Assembly (NCBI GenBank): GCA_964355035.1
Contig: CAYHCU010000002.1
Span: 1 to 47,580, forward strand
Direction of reading: 5' to 3'
Length of the DNA stretch: 47,580 bases
DNA from: an uncultured Flavobacteriales bacterium
GTDB lineage: Bacteria; Bacteroidota; Bacteroidia; AKYH767-A; 2013-40CM-41-45
Made by a program: the position numbers and the translations under genes. Shown in pieces: positions 30,672 to 39,269 of the stretch (its first letter is position 1; every line of letters starts with the position of its first letter). The notes under the pieces are model-generated. The model was not told where the DNA came from. It searched no databases and saw nothing but the letters and a program-made list of their open reading frames with translations.

Positions 30672-31661
30672 TTAAACAACAACGCTTTGATATTTTTCAA
30701 GCACCTCATCCAGAATAGCATTCACATCATTCTCCGTAGGAGCAGTCACCATACGCATGCGATATTCTTTGAAGTGATCCATGCCTTTGAAATAGTTGGC
30801 ATAGTGTCTACGCATTTCGAAGATGCCGAGATGCGGGCCTTTCCATTCGATGGATTTAGTGAGATGTGTACGACATACTTCGACACGTTGTGAGATTGTT
30901 GGCTGCGCAAGCATTTCGCCCGTCTGCATAAAATGTTTGATCTCGTTAAATATCCAAGGGTAACCGATGCTTGCGCGACCGATCATTACACCATCGACAC
31001 CGTAGCGATTTTTCATATCGAGAGCTTTTTGTGGAGAGTCGACATCGCCATTTCCAAAAATCGGGATGTGCATACGCGGATTATTTTTCACTGCGCCGAT
31101 GAGATCCCAGTCTGCCGGACCTTTATACATTTGTTTCCGTGTGCGACCGTGAATAGAAAGCGCTTTGATACCGATGTCTTGCAGACGTTCCGCAACATCA
31201 ACAATGTTGAGAGTTTTTTCATCCCAACCCAAACGTGTTTTTACGGTGACGGGAAGGTTTACAGCTTTCACAATTTCCTCCGTCATCTTCACCATTTTGG
31301 GAATATCTTGAAGGAGAGCAGCACCGGCACCTCGGCAGGCTACAGCTTTTACCGGACAGCCGTAATTGATATCGATGAGATTTGGTTTTGCAGCTTCAGC
31401 GATAATTGCAGCTTCGCGCATCGAGCCGATTTCGCCACCGAAAAGTTGGATACCGATTGGACGTTCATATTCGAAGATGTCGAGCTTGACACGGCTTTTT
31501 GCTGCATCGCGGATAAGACCTTCGCTGGAAATAAATTCCGTGTACATTAAATCGGCGCCATACAATTTGCAGACAAACCGGAACGGCGGATCAGACACGT
31601 CCTCCATGGGGGCGAGGAGCAAAGGGAAGTTGCCTAATTCTATGTCGGCTATCTTGGTCAT
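30672..31661 (-). CDS. dusB: tRNA-dihydrouridine synthase
   Basis: Dus blocks LAPMEDVSDPPFR, INYGCP and SIHGRT, in a 329-aa protein. Confidence 0.9.
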   Translation of the reverse strand: MTKIADIELGNFPLLLAPMEDVSDPPFRFVCKLYGADLMYTEFISSEGLIRDAAKSRVKLDIFEYERPIGIQLFGGEIGSMREAAIIAEAAKPNLIDINYGCPVKAVACRGAGAALLQDIPKMVKMTEEIVKAVNLPVTVKTRLGWDEKTLNIVDVAERLQDIGIKALSIHGRTRKQMYKGPADWDLIGAVKNNPRMHIPIFGNGDVDSPQKALDMKNRYGVDGVMIGRASIGYPWIFNEIKHFMQTGEMLAQPTISQRVEVCRTHLTKSIEWKGPHLGIFEMRRHYANYFKGMDHFKEYRMRMVTAPTENDVNAILDEVLEKYQSVVV

Positions 31662-31668
31662 TTTTTTT

Positions 31669-31817
31669 GTTCAAAGTTCAAGGTTCAAAGTTCGAAGTTG
31701 GGCTTCGAAAACAACCAATTGATATTTTATTTGTTTCTTATTATTTCAAAAATTAAATTTTATATAACCACTTTTAATTTATACAATCATTATTTGAACT
31801 TTGAACTTTGAACTTTG
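31669..31817. repeat. Inverted arrays of a 9-mer (GTTCAAAGT) bracketing the dusB/CPBP divergent promoter region
   Basis: GTTCAAAGTTCAAGGTTCAAAGTTCGAAGTT (31669-31699) faces its reverse complement TTTGAACTTTGAACTTTGAACTTTG (31793-31817). A 93-bp AT-rich segment separates them. A further GAACTTTGAAC lies at 31830-31840. Confidence 0.6.
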
Positions 31818-31894
31818 TCCCGATGGGATGAACTTTGAACCCAGTCCTTCAAAGGAAAGCGCTACCTTTGCGGCGACAAAAATAGGTCAAAGCA

Positions 31895-32848
31895 ATGATA
31901 AAGGCAATCTGGTCGAAAAATACTCCATATTCTCAGTTTTTGATCTCCGTTGGGGTCATTTTGTTGTCGGCAGTGGCGTTTACGCTGATAAGTATGGTAG
32001 TAGGGACGTCATTTTACGGCTTGAGGATGTCAGAATTACAAACAGTATTGAATGATCCGAATTCCGAGCAGTCGTTACCGATATTCCGGATGATCCAGAC
32101 CTTTTCCGCAATCGGGACATTTTTGGTGCCGCCATTTGTGATAGCGTATTTGTTCAGCATGCAGCCGATGGAGTATTTGTCGTTGGATAGACGTTCGCAT
32201 GCAACCACCTATTTATTGATAGCAGTAGCTATGATTACGATCACGCCACTAATTAATTTTTTAGGAGAAGTAAATTCACACATGCACTTACCGGGCTTTT
32301 TAAAAAGCGTAGAAGACTGGATGAAAGATTCCGAGGAGCGTGCAGCGGTATTAACGAAATTATTTTTGAAGATGGACACACCGATTGATTTAATTTTCAA
32401 TTTAGTGATGATAGGATTGCTACCGGCCATAGGAGAAGAGTTAGTTTTTCGTGGCGTAGTACAAAAAATATTTTCTTCGTGGTCTAAGAATGCACACGTA
32501 GGTGTGTGGGTAGCCGCTTTTTTATTCAGCGCCATGCACATGCAGTTTTACGGTTTCATTCCTCGTTTTTTATTAGGAGGAATATTGGGTTACCTTTTGG
32601 TATGGAGCGGAAATCTATGGTTACCAATTACAGCACACTTCATCAACAATGCCGGTGCTGTGATCTTTACCTATTTGTTTCAGCATGGCATCATCAGTAT
32701 GGATCCGGATAAGATTGGAGCGGAGAGTGATTTTGGGAGTGTGGTGGTAAGCCTCTTACTTGGAGTGGGTCTTTTGTGGATGATTTATAAGCGGGAAGCC
32801 GGAAAGCCGGTGGTGGAGAATTATAGTATTAGCGAGGATTTTAAATAA
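31895..32848 (+). CDS. CPBP-family intramembrane glutamic endopeptidase (CAAX protease-like)
   Basis: Motifs EELVFRG, FSAMH and HFINN in a polytopic protein. Confidence 0.85.
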   Translation: MIKAIWSKNTPYSQFLISVGVILLSAVAFTLISMVVGTSFYGLRMSELQTVLNDPNSEQSLPIFRMIQTFSAIGTFLVPPFVIAYLFSMQPMEYLSLDRRSHATTYLLIAVAMITITPLINFLGEVNSHMHLPGFLKSVEDWMKDSEERAAVLTKLFLKMDTPIDLIFNLVMIGLLPAIGEELVFRGVVQKIFSSWSKNAHVGVWVAAFLFSAMHMQFYGFIPRFLLGGILGYLLVWSGNLWLPITAHFINNAGAVIFTYLFQHGIISMDPDKIGAESDFGSVVVSLLLGVGLLWMIYKREAGKPVVENYSISEDFK

Positions 32849-33061
32849 TTTCGGATTTCGGAATGCGGATTTCGGATTGGGCTGTTCACTAGAGGGTGAT
32901 TGCTTCCACTGAAAGAGGTAGAAGAATTTCGGATTGGGGTGCTTGCTAAAAGGCGATTGCTACCAATAAAGGAATATTACGAATTTCGAATTTCGGAATG
33001 GGCGGGTTACTAATAGGTAATTGCTTCCAATAAACGCAGGCCCTTGATCCGAAATCCAATT
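32847..33061 (+). repeat. Intergenic element copy C: a periodic cggaWtt block, three tandem 57-63-bp units and a terminal inverted repeat
   Basis: AATTTCGGATTTCGGAATGCGGATTTCGGATT overlaps the TAA stop. Units starting at 32879, 32936 and 33000 each contain GGG..TTAC-TAnnnn-GTAA-TTGCTTCCAAT. The right end GATCCGAAATCCAATT (33046-33061) is an inverted copy of the left motif. Confidence 0.65.
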
Positions 33062-33150
33062 AAAATCCCTTTATTTGCATCCCGAAAATAGTGAGAAGTA
33101 ATTGGCAAGTAGTAAGTAGTTTTACTCACCACTTACCACTCACCAACAAA

Positions 33151-33237
33151 GGAGAGATGTCCGAGTGGCTGAAGGAGCACGCTTGGAAAGCGTGTGTATC
33201 TGAAAAGGTACCGTGGGTTCGAATCCCACTCTCTCCG
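33151..33237 (+). tRNA. tRNA-Ser (anticodon GGA)
   Basis: Acceptor stem GGAGAGA/TCTCTCC. Anticodon stem CACGC/GCGTG with loop TTGGAAA. Long variable arm. T-arm GTGGG-TTCGAAT-CCCAC. Discriminator G. No encoded CCA. Confidence 0.95.
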
Positions 33238-33551
33238 CAAATTTTTCGAGGATCGTGATTCGTCATTCATGAATCATATCGATTTAATATGTTTTAAAAT
33301 TTCTATAGTACTATAAATTCCCGCTGCACTCAGTAGGATACTTTTGAGAGACATTGTCGTTATGATGGGGTTGAATGATGCTTGAATATGAAAGTGTTTA
33401 AACTGCGTGGAAAATTCCGTTTAACATTTCGTCCGTCGTATATATAAAGCAGGCACTATATATATTTTGCCTGGTCACTGAGGACCTGGCAAAATTGTTT
33501 GAGTAGGTCAGAAAAACAGAATTCCGTACTATTGCCGCCAAATCAAGAATA

Positions 33552-34133
33552 ATGACAATTGAAGAACAATTAAAAGACCGAAGCAATAATACCTGCGAAT
33601 TATGTGGTTCGGCGAATTCACTTTCTGTTTATACGGTTCCGCCTGATCGTGGTCCGGGTGCTGAGAGTAGTTTATATGTCTGCGAAAAATGTATGAATCA
33701 GTTGGAGAAGAAGGAAGATATCGATTCGGCGCATTGGTCATGTTTACGTGATAGTATGTGGAGTGAAATTCCGGCAGTGCAAGTTGTGGCTTGGCGGATG
33801 TTGAACAGATTGAAAAATGAATCGTGGGCATCCGATGCAATTGATATGCTTTATCTCGACGATGAAAAACTGGAGTGGGCTAAATCTTCCGGTGATCATC
33901 ATGAGACTGAAGTTGCCGATGTACATTGTGATTGCAACGGAGCTGTTCTCAAGACAGGAGATTCCGTTACACTCATTAAATCACTTGATGTAAAAGGATC
34001 GCAGATCAATGCCAAGATCGGTACGTTAGTGAAGAACATCAAAATTGTTGTCGACAACACTGCGCAGATCGAAGGAAAGATCGAAGGGCAGCAGATCGTT
34101 ATACTTACGAAGTTTGTGAGGAAATCGGCTTGA
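33552..34133 (+). CDS. phnA: PhnA-family zinc-ribbon protein
   Basis: CELCGS...CEKC zinc ribbon and a C-terminal PhnA domain (DCNGAVLKTGDSV...KGS...IEGKIEGQQIV). Confidence 0.85.
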   Translation: MTIEEQLKDRSNNTCELCGSANSLSVYTVPPDRGPGAESSLYVCEKCMNQLEKKEDIDSAHWSCLRDSMWSEIPAVQVVAWRMLNRLKNESWASDAIDMLYLDDEKLEWAKSSGDHHETEVADVHCDCNGAVLKTGDSVTLIKSLDVKGSQINAKIGTLVKNIKIVVDNTAQIEGKIEGQQIVILTKFVRKSA

Positions 34134-34305
34134 GGATTCAGTATTTTTATTTGAAGTCAATAGACGCTTCGGTTTGAAATTATTTCGACGTCTTCAAAGC
34201 AAAAAAATCGTTGGCATTTAGGTAGAGCAGAATAACACTAGAATGCAAAATGGTTTAAGTAACTGCGAATGTCCAGGAAACATTTTACAACCCCTTTGTT
34301 CGGCC

Positions 34306-34335
34306 CTTTGCTCGACCCTTAAAGGCCGAGCAAAG
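34306..34335. repeat. Degenerate REP-type palindrome (copy 3)
   Basis: CTTTGCTCGACCCTTAAAGGCCGAGCAAAG compared with the canonical CTTTGCACGGCCCTTAAGGGCCGTGCAAAG. The A>T change in the left arm is matched by T>A in the right arm. Confidence 0.5.
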
Positions 34336-34341
34336 ATTTTG

Positions 34342-34349
34342 TACATTTG
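34342..34349 (+). promoter_or_regulatory. Candidate -7 promoter box (TACATTTG)
   Basis: Exact TAnnTTTG match 41 nt upstream of ATG 34391. Confidence 0.35.
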
Positions 34350-34390
34350 CTTCCCGGCCAATAGTGCAGAACACCGCATCCTCCAACAAA

Positions 34391-36655
34391 ATGAGAAAAC
34401 ACCTCCTTTTTGTGCTTTGCTTTGTCTTTCCATTATTTGGGTATTCTCAGCTAGTAATTACTAATAACGGATCAGCAATTGCATTAGCACAAGCTATTGT
34501 TGGGAATGGAATCACTGTCAGCAATGCGACGATTGACGGCGGTGTTAATTCGACAGCAACATTTACTTATTCAGGCGGTAGTCTCGGAATACCGAATGGT
34601 GTTTTGCTGACGAGCGGACTTGCTTCTGTTGTTGCCAATCCAGGAACATATTTCAGCAGTATTCAGAATGGAAATAATTTAAGTGATCCCGATGTAGTGG
34701 CTATTAGTTCTCAGGCACGTTATGATGTATGTTTGTTGGAGTTTGATTTTATTCCCGTTTGTGATACATTACACATTACTTATGTTTTCGGTTCAGAAGA
34801 ATATCCGCAATACATCAATCAATACAATGATGTTTTTGCAATGTTTCTCACCGGACCTGATCCTGCGGGAGGGAGTTATATTTCGCACAACATAGCGACC
34901 TTAGCGAATGGAATAACACCCGTTTCTATTTTTACGGTGAATGGTGGCTGGCCAATTGGTAATGGTGCTTCTAACCCGGCTTATTATGTAGACAACTACA
35001 CAAATCCAAATGCTGACATTGCTTATGATGGTTATACTATTCCAATAACTTCTGTCGTTGCTGTTACACCTTGTGTAATGTATCACATGAAAATTGCAGT
35101 AGTAGATGCCGGAAATGGAAGATATGATTCCGGTGTTTTTATACAGGGAAATACTTTCACATGCAATGTTGCACCGAGTTCGACAATCGTAGCAACGAAT
35201 GCATGTATTAATGACGGGACGGCTGCTGTTGTAGTAAGTGGTTATGCAGGCACACCAAATTTTTCATGGTTACCGGGCGGACAAACTACATCTTCAATTA
35301 CAAATTTAATTCCCGGAAATTATTCCTGTTTGATTACCTATCCAGGTGTATGCACGACAGACAGCTTAACAATCACTATCGATGATGCGCAACCAACAGC
35401 TGTTGCCATGACAGGAACAACGATTTGCATTGGACAAACAGTTGCGTTAACAGCAAACGCTTCAGGCGGCGTATCCGGTTATAATTATTCATGGACGACA
35501 GGTGGAACGCTAGTTAGTGCAAATGTGAATCCAACTGTAAACACTATTTACACAGTAGTTGCAATCGATGCTAATGGATGCAGTTCTCCTCCTGATACTG
35601 TTTTAATCAATGTGAATCCACCGTTGACGATACAGACTACAAATGCAGTGACACTTTGCTCGCCTTCATCTTTACCGCTTTCAGTAATTGCCTCTGGTGG
35701 CAATGGCACATTTAGTTACATGTGGTCGCCGGTAATCGGCCTGAGTGATCCGACAATTTCCAATCCCGTTGCCACTCCGGCAGCAACAACTTCATACACA
35801 GTTACTGTTACAGATAATTGCGGAACACCGGCAACGACATCAGCTGTTACTGTAACCGTCGAACAACAACCGGCTCCATTGATATCTGCAAATGTATTAT
35901 CAGGATGTGAACCGCTTTGTGTAGCATTTATTGATACATCCTTGTCAAATTGTTCGACAGCCACATGGATGTTTGGTGATGGCACCAATGCAACATCATG
36001 CGGGATTACAGTACATTGTTTTAATACACCGGGAACATTTACAATTACCAATACAGTGACAAGCACAGGAGGTTGTATCGGTTCGGGTACGCAGAGTAGT
36101 TACATCACTGTTTTTCCAAAACCCAAATCGTTATTTTCTTACTGGCCTAATCCGGTATTGATTATTGATCCTGCGGTTAGCTTTACAAATAATTCAACCG
36201 ATGCAATTTCCTGGCAGTGGTCTTTTAGCAATGACGTTAACGACACATCAACACTGAAAAATCCGAAGTATGTTTATCAGGATACGGGATGTTTTCCACT
36301 TCGGCTGATTGCAAAAAGTCAGTTTGGTTGCACAGATACATTGAATTCAGAAATATGTGTGGAGATGGAATTTGAATTCTACACACCAAATACTTTTACG
36401 CCAAACGGTGATGGAATAAATGAAATCTTTTTCCCGCAAGGCACAGGCATAAGTGAAAGCGATTACGAGTTTTTAATTTTTGATCGCTGGGGAAGAGAAA
36501 TTTTCAAGACCACAAAATGGGGTGAAGGCTGGAACGGAAAAGTGAAAGACGGATCAAAGATAGCGCAGCAGGACACTTATGTTTGGTTGGTAAAGGTGTA
36601 TGATGTACAAAAGAATTTTCATCAGGTTGTGGGGAGGGTGAGTTTGGTGAGGTGA
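34391..36655 (+). CDS. Secreted protein with a choice-of-anchor-L-like N-domain, Ig/PKD-like repeats and a T9SS type B (gliding-motility-associated) C-terminal domain
   Basis: A signal peptide follows ATG 34391 (MRKHLLFVLCFVFPLFGYSQ). N-domain blocks EEYPQYINQYNDVFAMFLTGP and YDGYT. The C-terminus reads FTPNGDGINEIFFPQG...FDRWG. Confidence 0.85.
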   Translation: MRKHLLFVLCFVFPLFGYSQLVITNNGSAIALAQAIVGNGITVSNATIDGGVNSTATFTYSGGSLGIPNGVLLTSGLASVVANPGTYFSSIQNGNNLSDPDVVAISSQARYDVCLLEFDFIPVCDTLHITYVFGSEEYPQYINQYNDVFAMFLTGPDPAGGSYISHNIATLANGITPVSIFTVNGGWPIGNGASNPAYYVDNYTNPNADIAYDGYTIPITSVVAVTPCVMYHMKIAVVDAGNGRYDSGVFIQGNTFTCNVAPSSTIVATNACINDGTAAVVVSGYAGTPNFSWLPGGQTTSSITNLIPGNYSCLITYPGVCTTDSLTITIDDAQPTAVAMTGTTICIGQTVALTANASGGVSGYNYSWTTGGTLVSANVNPTVNTIYTVVAIDANGCSSPPDTVLINVNPPLTIQTTNAVTLCSPSSLPLSVIASGGNGTFSYMWSPVIGLSDPTISNPVATPAATTSYTVTVTDNCGTPATTSAVTVTVEQQPAPLISANVLSGCEPLCVAFIDTSLSNCSTATWMFGDGTNATSCGITVHCFNTPGTFTITNTVTSTGGCIGSGTQSSYITVFPKPKSLFSYWPNPVLIIDPAVSFTNNSTDAISWQWSFSNDVNDTSTLKNPKYVYQDTGCFPLRLIAKSQFGCTDTLNSEICVEMEFEFYTPNTFTPNGDGINEIFFPQGTGISESDYEFLIFDRWGREIFKTTKWGEGWNGKVKDGSKIAQQDTYVWLVKVYDVQKNFHQVVGRVSLVR

Positions 36656-36791
36656 TAATGAAATTCGTTGCATTTATAATTTTGAGATAATATATATTAC
36701 TAAAAATCAACGGTTTGCGTAGGTTTAGGAATATGAACCGGGTTTTCTCAAAAATTTTTGCAAACACATACATTTACTTAACACTATAATA

Positions 36792-36841
36792 GTAAACACA
36801 TATGTTAACATTTTGTTTGTATTGTAAATATATATGTTTAC
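36792..36841. promoter_or_regulatory. Two related imperfect palindromes that are candidate operators for the HTH gene
   Basis: GTAAACACATATGTTAAC (36792-36809) and GTAAATATATATGTTTAC (36824-36841) both fit GTAAA-N8-TT(T/A)AC. Their starts are 32 bp apart, and the second ends 30 nt upstream of ATG 36872. Confidence 0.35.
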
Positions 36842-36871
36842 GTTTGTTGTAAATTGTAAAATTCAAATGCC

Positions 36872-37333
36872 ATGCGGAATCAAAAAAAGTTACTAATAGA
36901 GCAACTTGATAAAAAATTAAAACCTTTCCAGGGAACAGAGAAAGTTATTATTCCGGACAAGGGTTGGATATACAATATTAGAGCTGCATTGAATATGAGT
37001 CTTGATCAACTAGGCAAAAAATTAAATATGACAAGACAAGGAATAAAAAAAATTGAAGAGAGAGAATTATCGGAATCAATATCATTAAAATCTTTAAAAG
37101 AAATTGCAAAAGCATTGGATATGCAATTCGTATATGGTTTTGTTCCAAAGCACAATTCTTTAGAAAATCTGGTAAATTTTAAAGCAGAAGAGCTAGCTCG
37201 GAAAATAGTATTAAGAACAAATCAAAATATGAAATTGGAAAATCAAGGAAATAGTGAGGAACAAATTAAGCGTGCAATTTTAGACCTTGCCAATGAAATA
37301 AAAAGAGAAATGAACAAATCATTATGGGATTAG
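36872..37333 (+). CDS. HTH protein of the 'mobile mystery protein A' type (putative antitoxin/regulator)
   Basis: GWIYNIRAALNMSLDQLGKKLNMTRQGIKKIEE helix-turn-helix region and a layout that matches my memory of the TIGR02612 family. It overlaps the downstream Fic gene by 10 nt. Confidence 0.8.
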   Translation: MRNQKKLLIEQLDKKLKPFQGTEKVIIPDKGWIYNIRAALNMSLDQLGKKLNMTRQGIKKIEERELSESISLKSLKEIAKALDMQFVYGFVPKHNSLENLVNFKAEELARKIVLRTNQNMKLENQGNSEEQIKRAILDLANEIKREMNKSLWD

Positions 37334-37920
37334 ATTTGGAATATGAGGAAGGTCAAACGCCTCTAAGTGAAGAAGAAAAAGAAGGTCTTTTAATTAGTTC
37401 AATTACTACGCATGGTGATTTGGATGAGCATGAACAATTGAATATAGAGGAGGCAATTAAGTGGCTACTTAATAAAAAAATAAAAAAGGACAAAATATTA
37501 ACCGAAAGTTTCATTAAAATGGTACACAAAAAAATGTTTAATAATGTTTGGTCATGGGCAGGTGAGTTTAGAAAATCAGAAAAAAATATTGGAGTTAGAT
37601 GGATAAATATCGGAGTTGATTTAAAAACATTACTCGATGACACTAATTATTGGATTGAAAATAAAACATACGCCCCTGATGAAATAGCAATAAGATTTAA
37701 GCATAGATTGGTAAACATACATTGCTTTCCAAATGGAAATGGAAGACATTCTAGAATAATGGCAGATATTATAATCGAATCCGTTTTTGGCGAAAAAATA
37801 TTTTCTTGGAATCAGTCAAACATGGTCAAAGCAGATGATACAAGAAAAGAATATATAAGGTCAATAAGAGAGGGAGACAAAGGTGACATTAAACCATTAA
37901 TCAAATTTGCCAGAAATTAA
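37324..37920 (+). CDS. Fic-domain protein of the 'mobile mystery protein B' type (putative AMPylating toxin)
   Basis: Fic motif HCFPNGNGRHSR at 37720-37755. The N-terminal YEEGQTPLSEEEKEGL block is typical of this family. Confidence 0.88.
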   Translation: MGLDLEYEEGQTPLSEEEKEGLLISSITTHGDLDEHEQLNIEEAIKWLLNKKIKKDKILTESFIKMVHKKMFNNVWSWAGEFRKSEKNIGVRWINIGVDLKTLLDDTNYWIENKTYAPDEIAIRFKHRLVNIHCFPNGNGRHSRIMADIIIESVFGEKIFSWNQSNMVKADDTRKEYIRSIREGDKGDIKPLIKFARN

Positions 37921-38030
37921 GATCGCAGCTTTAACACATCGATTGCTTTTACACCAAACAGCAATGGAATAAACGAAATTTTTCTTCTGCAAGTTACAGG
38001 CATAAGTGAAAGCGATTACGAGTTTTTATC
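37921..38030 (+). pseudogene. Remnant of a T9SS type B C-terminal domain gene (about 35 codons)
   Basis: It translates as DRSFNTSIAFTPNSNGINEIFLLQVTGISESDYEFL. Nucleotides 37996-38028 are identical over 33 nt to 36443-36475 in the intact gene upstream. Homology begins immediately after the Fic stop codon, in the same frame, and ends abruptly at about 38029. Confidence 0.7.
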
Positions 38031-38493
38031 TGTCTTTTTAAAAACGAAAACGTTTACCCAAAGCGGAATGAGACATTAATAAGAGAGAGTTTTGCGAGTT
38101 TGTACTATTCCGGTTGACATTCCACCCGGCGGGAAGTTGATCAGATGGAGAGTTTGTAAGACAATTTATATGATTTATGATTGAAATGGCAAAATTGCTG
38201 GATTTTTCGTTATACTTGTGAAAGCAAAGGGATATATACGGGTTTAGTTTTTAGAAGGGAGTGGTAAGTGAAGTGATATTAGAAACAAACAGTGGTTAAT
38301 TGCCAAGTACAATTCAGGGAATTGTTGTTCTACACGAAGGATGATCGGGAAGAAGCCGGTAAAAGTATTGATGGAATAAATGTGATGGGGTGTGATTATG
38401 TCGGAATAGAGAGAGTAAATGTAGGGTATAGGAGATATGTAAAGCAAATCGAAATACTAGGTAGCGCTATAAACTAACAATTTCACTTTATTT

Positions 38494-39159
38494 ATGAAAG
38501 ATTCAGAATTTATATTAAAACTCTTGGACATCAACCAACCCATGGCTGAAAATCCAACACGCTTTTCTACATTAGCGTTGCTTTTAACAAGTGGACGGAA
38601 ACTTTTTGGTTGCAATTTGGAAACCGGAAAATATGAATTGAATGAGGTAAACGATGAAAACTTTATTGATAAAACATATCATTCATTTCAATTTACCGCA
38701 TTAATAAATTACTTGATTTTATTAGAGCAAATTGGAAGCATTTTTATTAAAAAAAACGGCAGTAAAATAAAAGAAACTAATGGAATATTTTGCGCACTAA
38801 CATATTTTTCAAGTTTAACGGATACTGACAAAATAGAAGCTATTCAAGCTTTACGTAATTCTCTAGTTCATAAATTCGGATTAGCTACTGAAAAAAAACC
38901 TCATAAGATGCCTCCGAGGAAATTCATACTAAGTATTGCACGAAATAGTGAAATTGTAGAGCAACCTAAATCTGACTGGGACGGAACGTTTTCTGACAAA
39001 TCTGACGAGACCTCAACAACAATATTTATTGTAGATCTCATAATACTAATTGAAACTGTTTACCAAAATGTAATTCAGGAAAATAAAAACGGTAATGTAG
39101 AAATGATCTTGAAGGATGGAATGAGCGAATTAGAAAGCAGATATACTTTCATATATTAA
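38494..39159 (+). CDS. Hypothetical protein, possibly a HEPN-like RNase (RNxxxH motif)
   Basis: 221-aa ORF with ALRNSLVH (R121-x4-H126, nt 38854-38871). This fits the Rx4-6H HEPN motif with the usual polar residue after the Arg. I recognise no other motif. Confidence 0.45.
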   Translation: MKDSEFILKLLDINQPMAENPTRFSTLALLLTSGRKLFGCNLETGKYELNEVNDENFIDKTYHSFQFTALINYLILLEQIGSIFIKKNGSKIKETNGIFCALTYFSSLTDTDKIEAIQALRNSLVHKFGLATEKKPHKMPPRKFILSIARNSEIVEQPKSDWDGTFSDKSDETSTTIFIVDLIILIETVYQNVIQENKNGNVEMILKDGMSELESRYTFIY

Positions 39160-39269
39160 GATAATCAAAGCCTTTCATGCTATTCGCGTAACTTCTGCCA
39201 TAGAAGCTCGGTAAACGCATGAAATATAGATTATAAAAGAAATTGCGAATTTAACATATAAATTAAGAT

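Noticed and set aside
30933-31722. Long + strand ORFs (205 aa and 118 aa) lie opposite dusB.
   Set aside because: They are antisense to a confidently identified, full-length dusB gene. I recognise no motifs in them, and their composition looks like a mirror-frame artefact.
32847-33061. The repeated units upstream of tRNA-Ser looked briefly like a small CRISPR array.
   Set aside because: The units are contiguous and degenerate (57-63 bp), with no unique spacers of regular length between them. No cas genes or leader are present, and the same units occur singly at 26.6 and 27.0 kb.
33529-33840. A 103-aa - strand ORF overlaps phnA.
   Set aside because: It is antisense to a well-supported phnA gene, and I recognise no motif in it.
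34218-34464. Small ORFs on both strands (71-73 aa) lie upstream of the choice-of-anchor-L gene. A similar case is ORF 46040-46255.
   Set aside because: They read through REP palindromes and promoter sequence and have odd Cys/Leu-rich composition. They are better explained as non-coding spacer.
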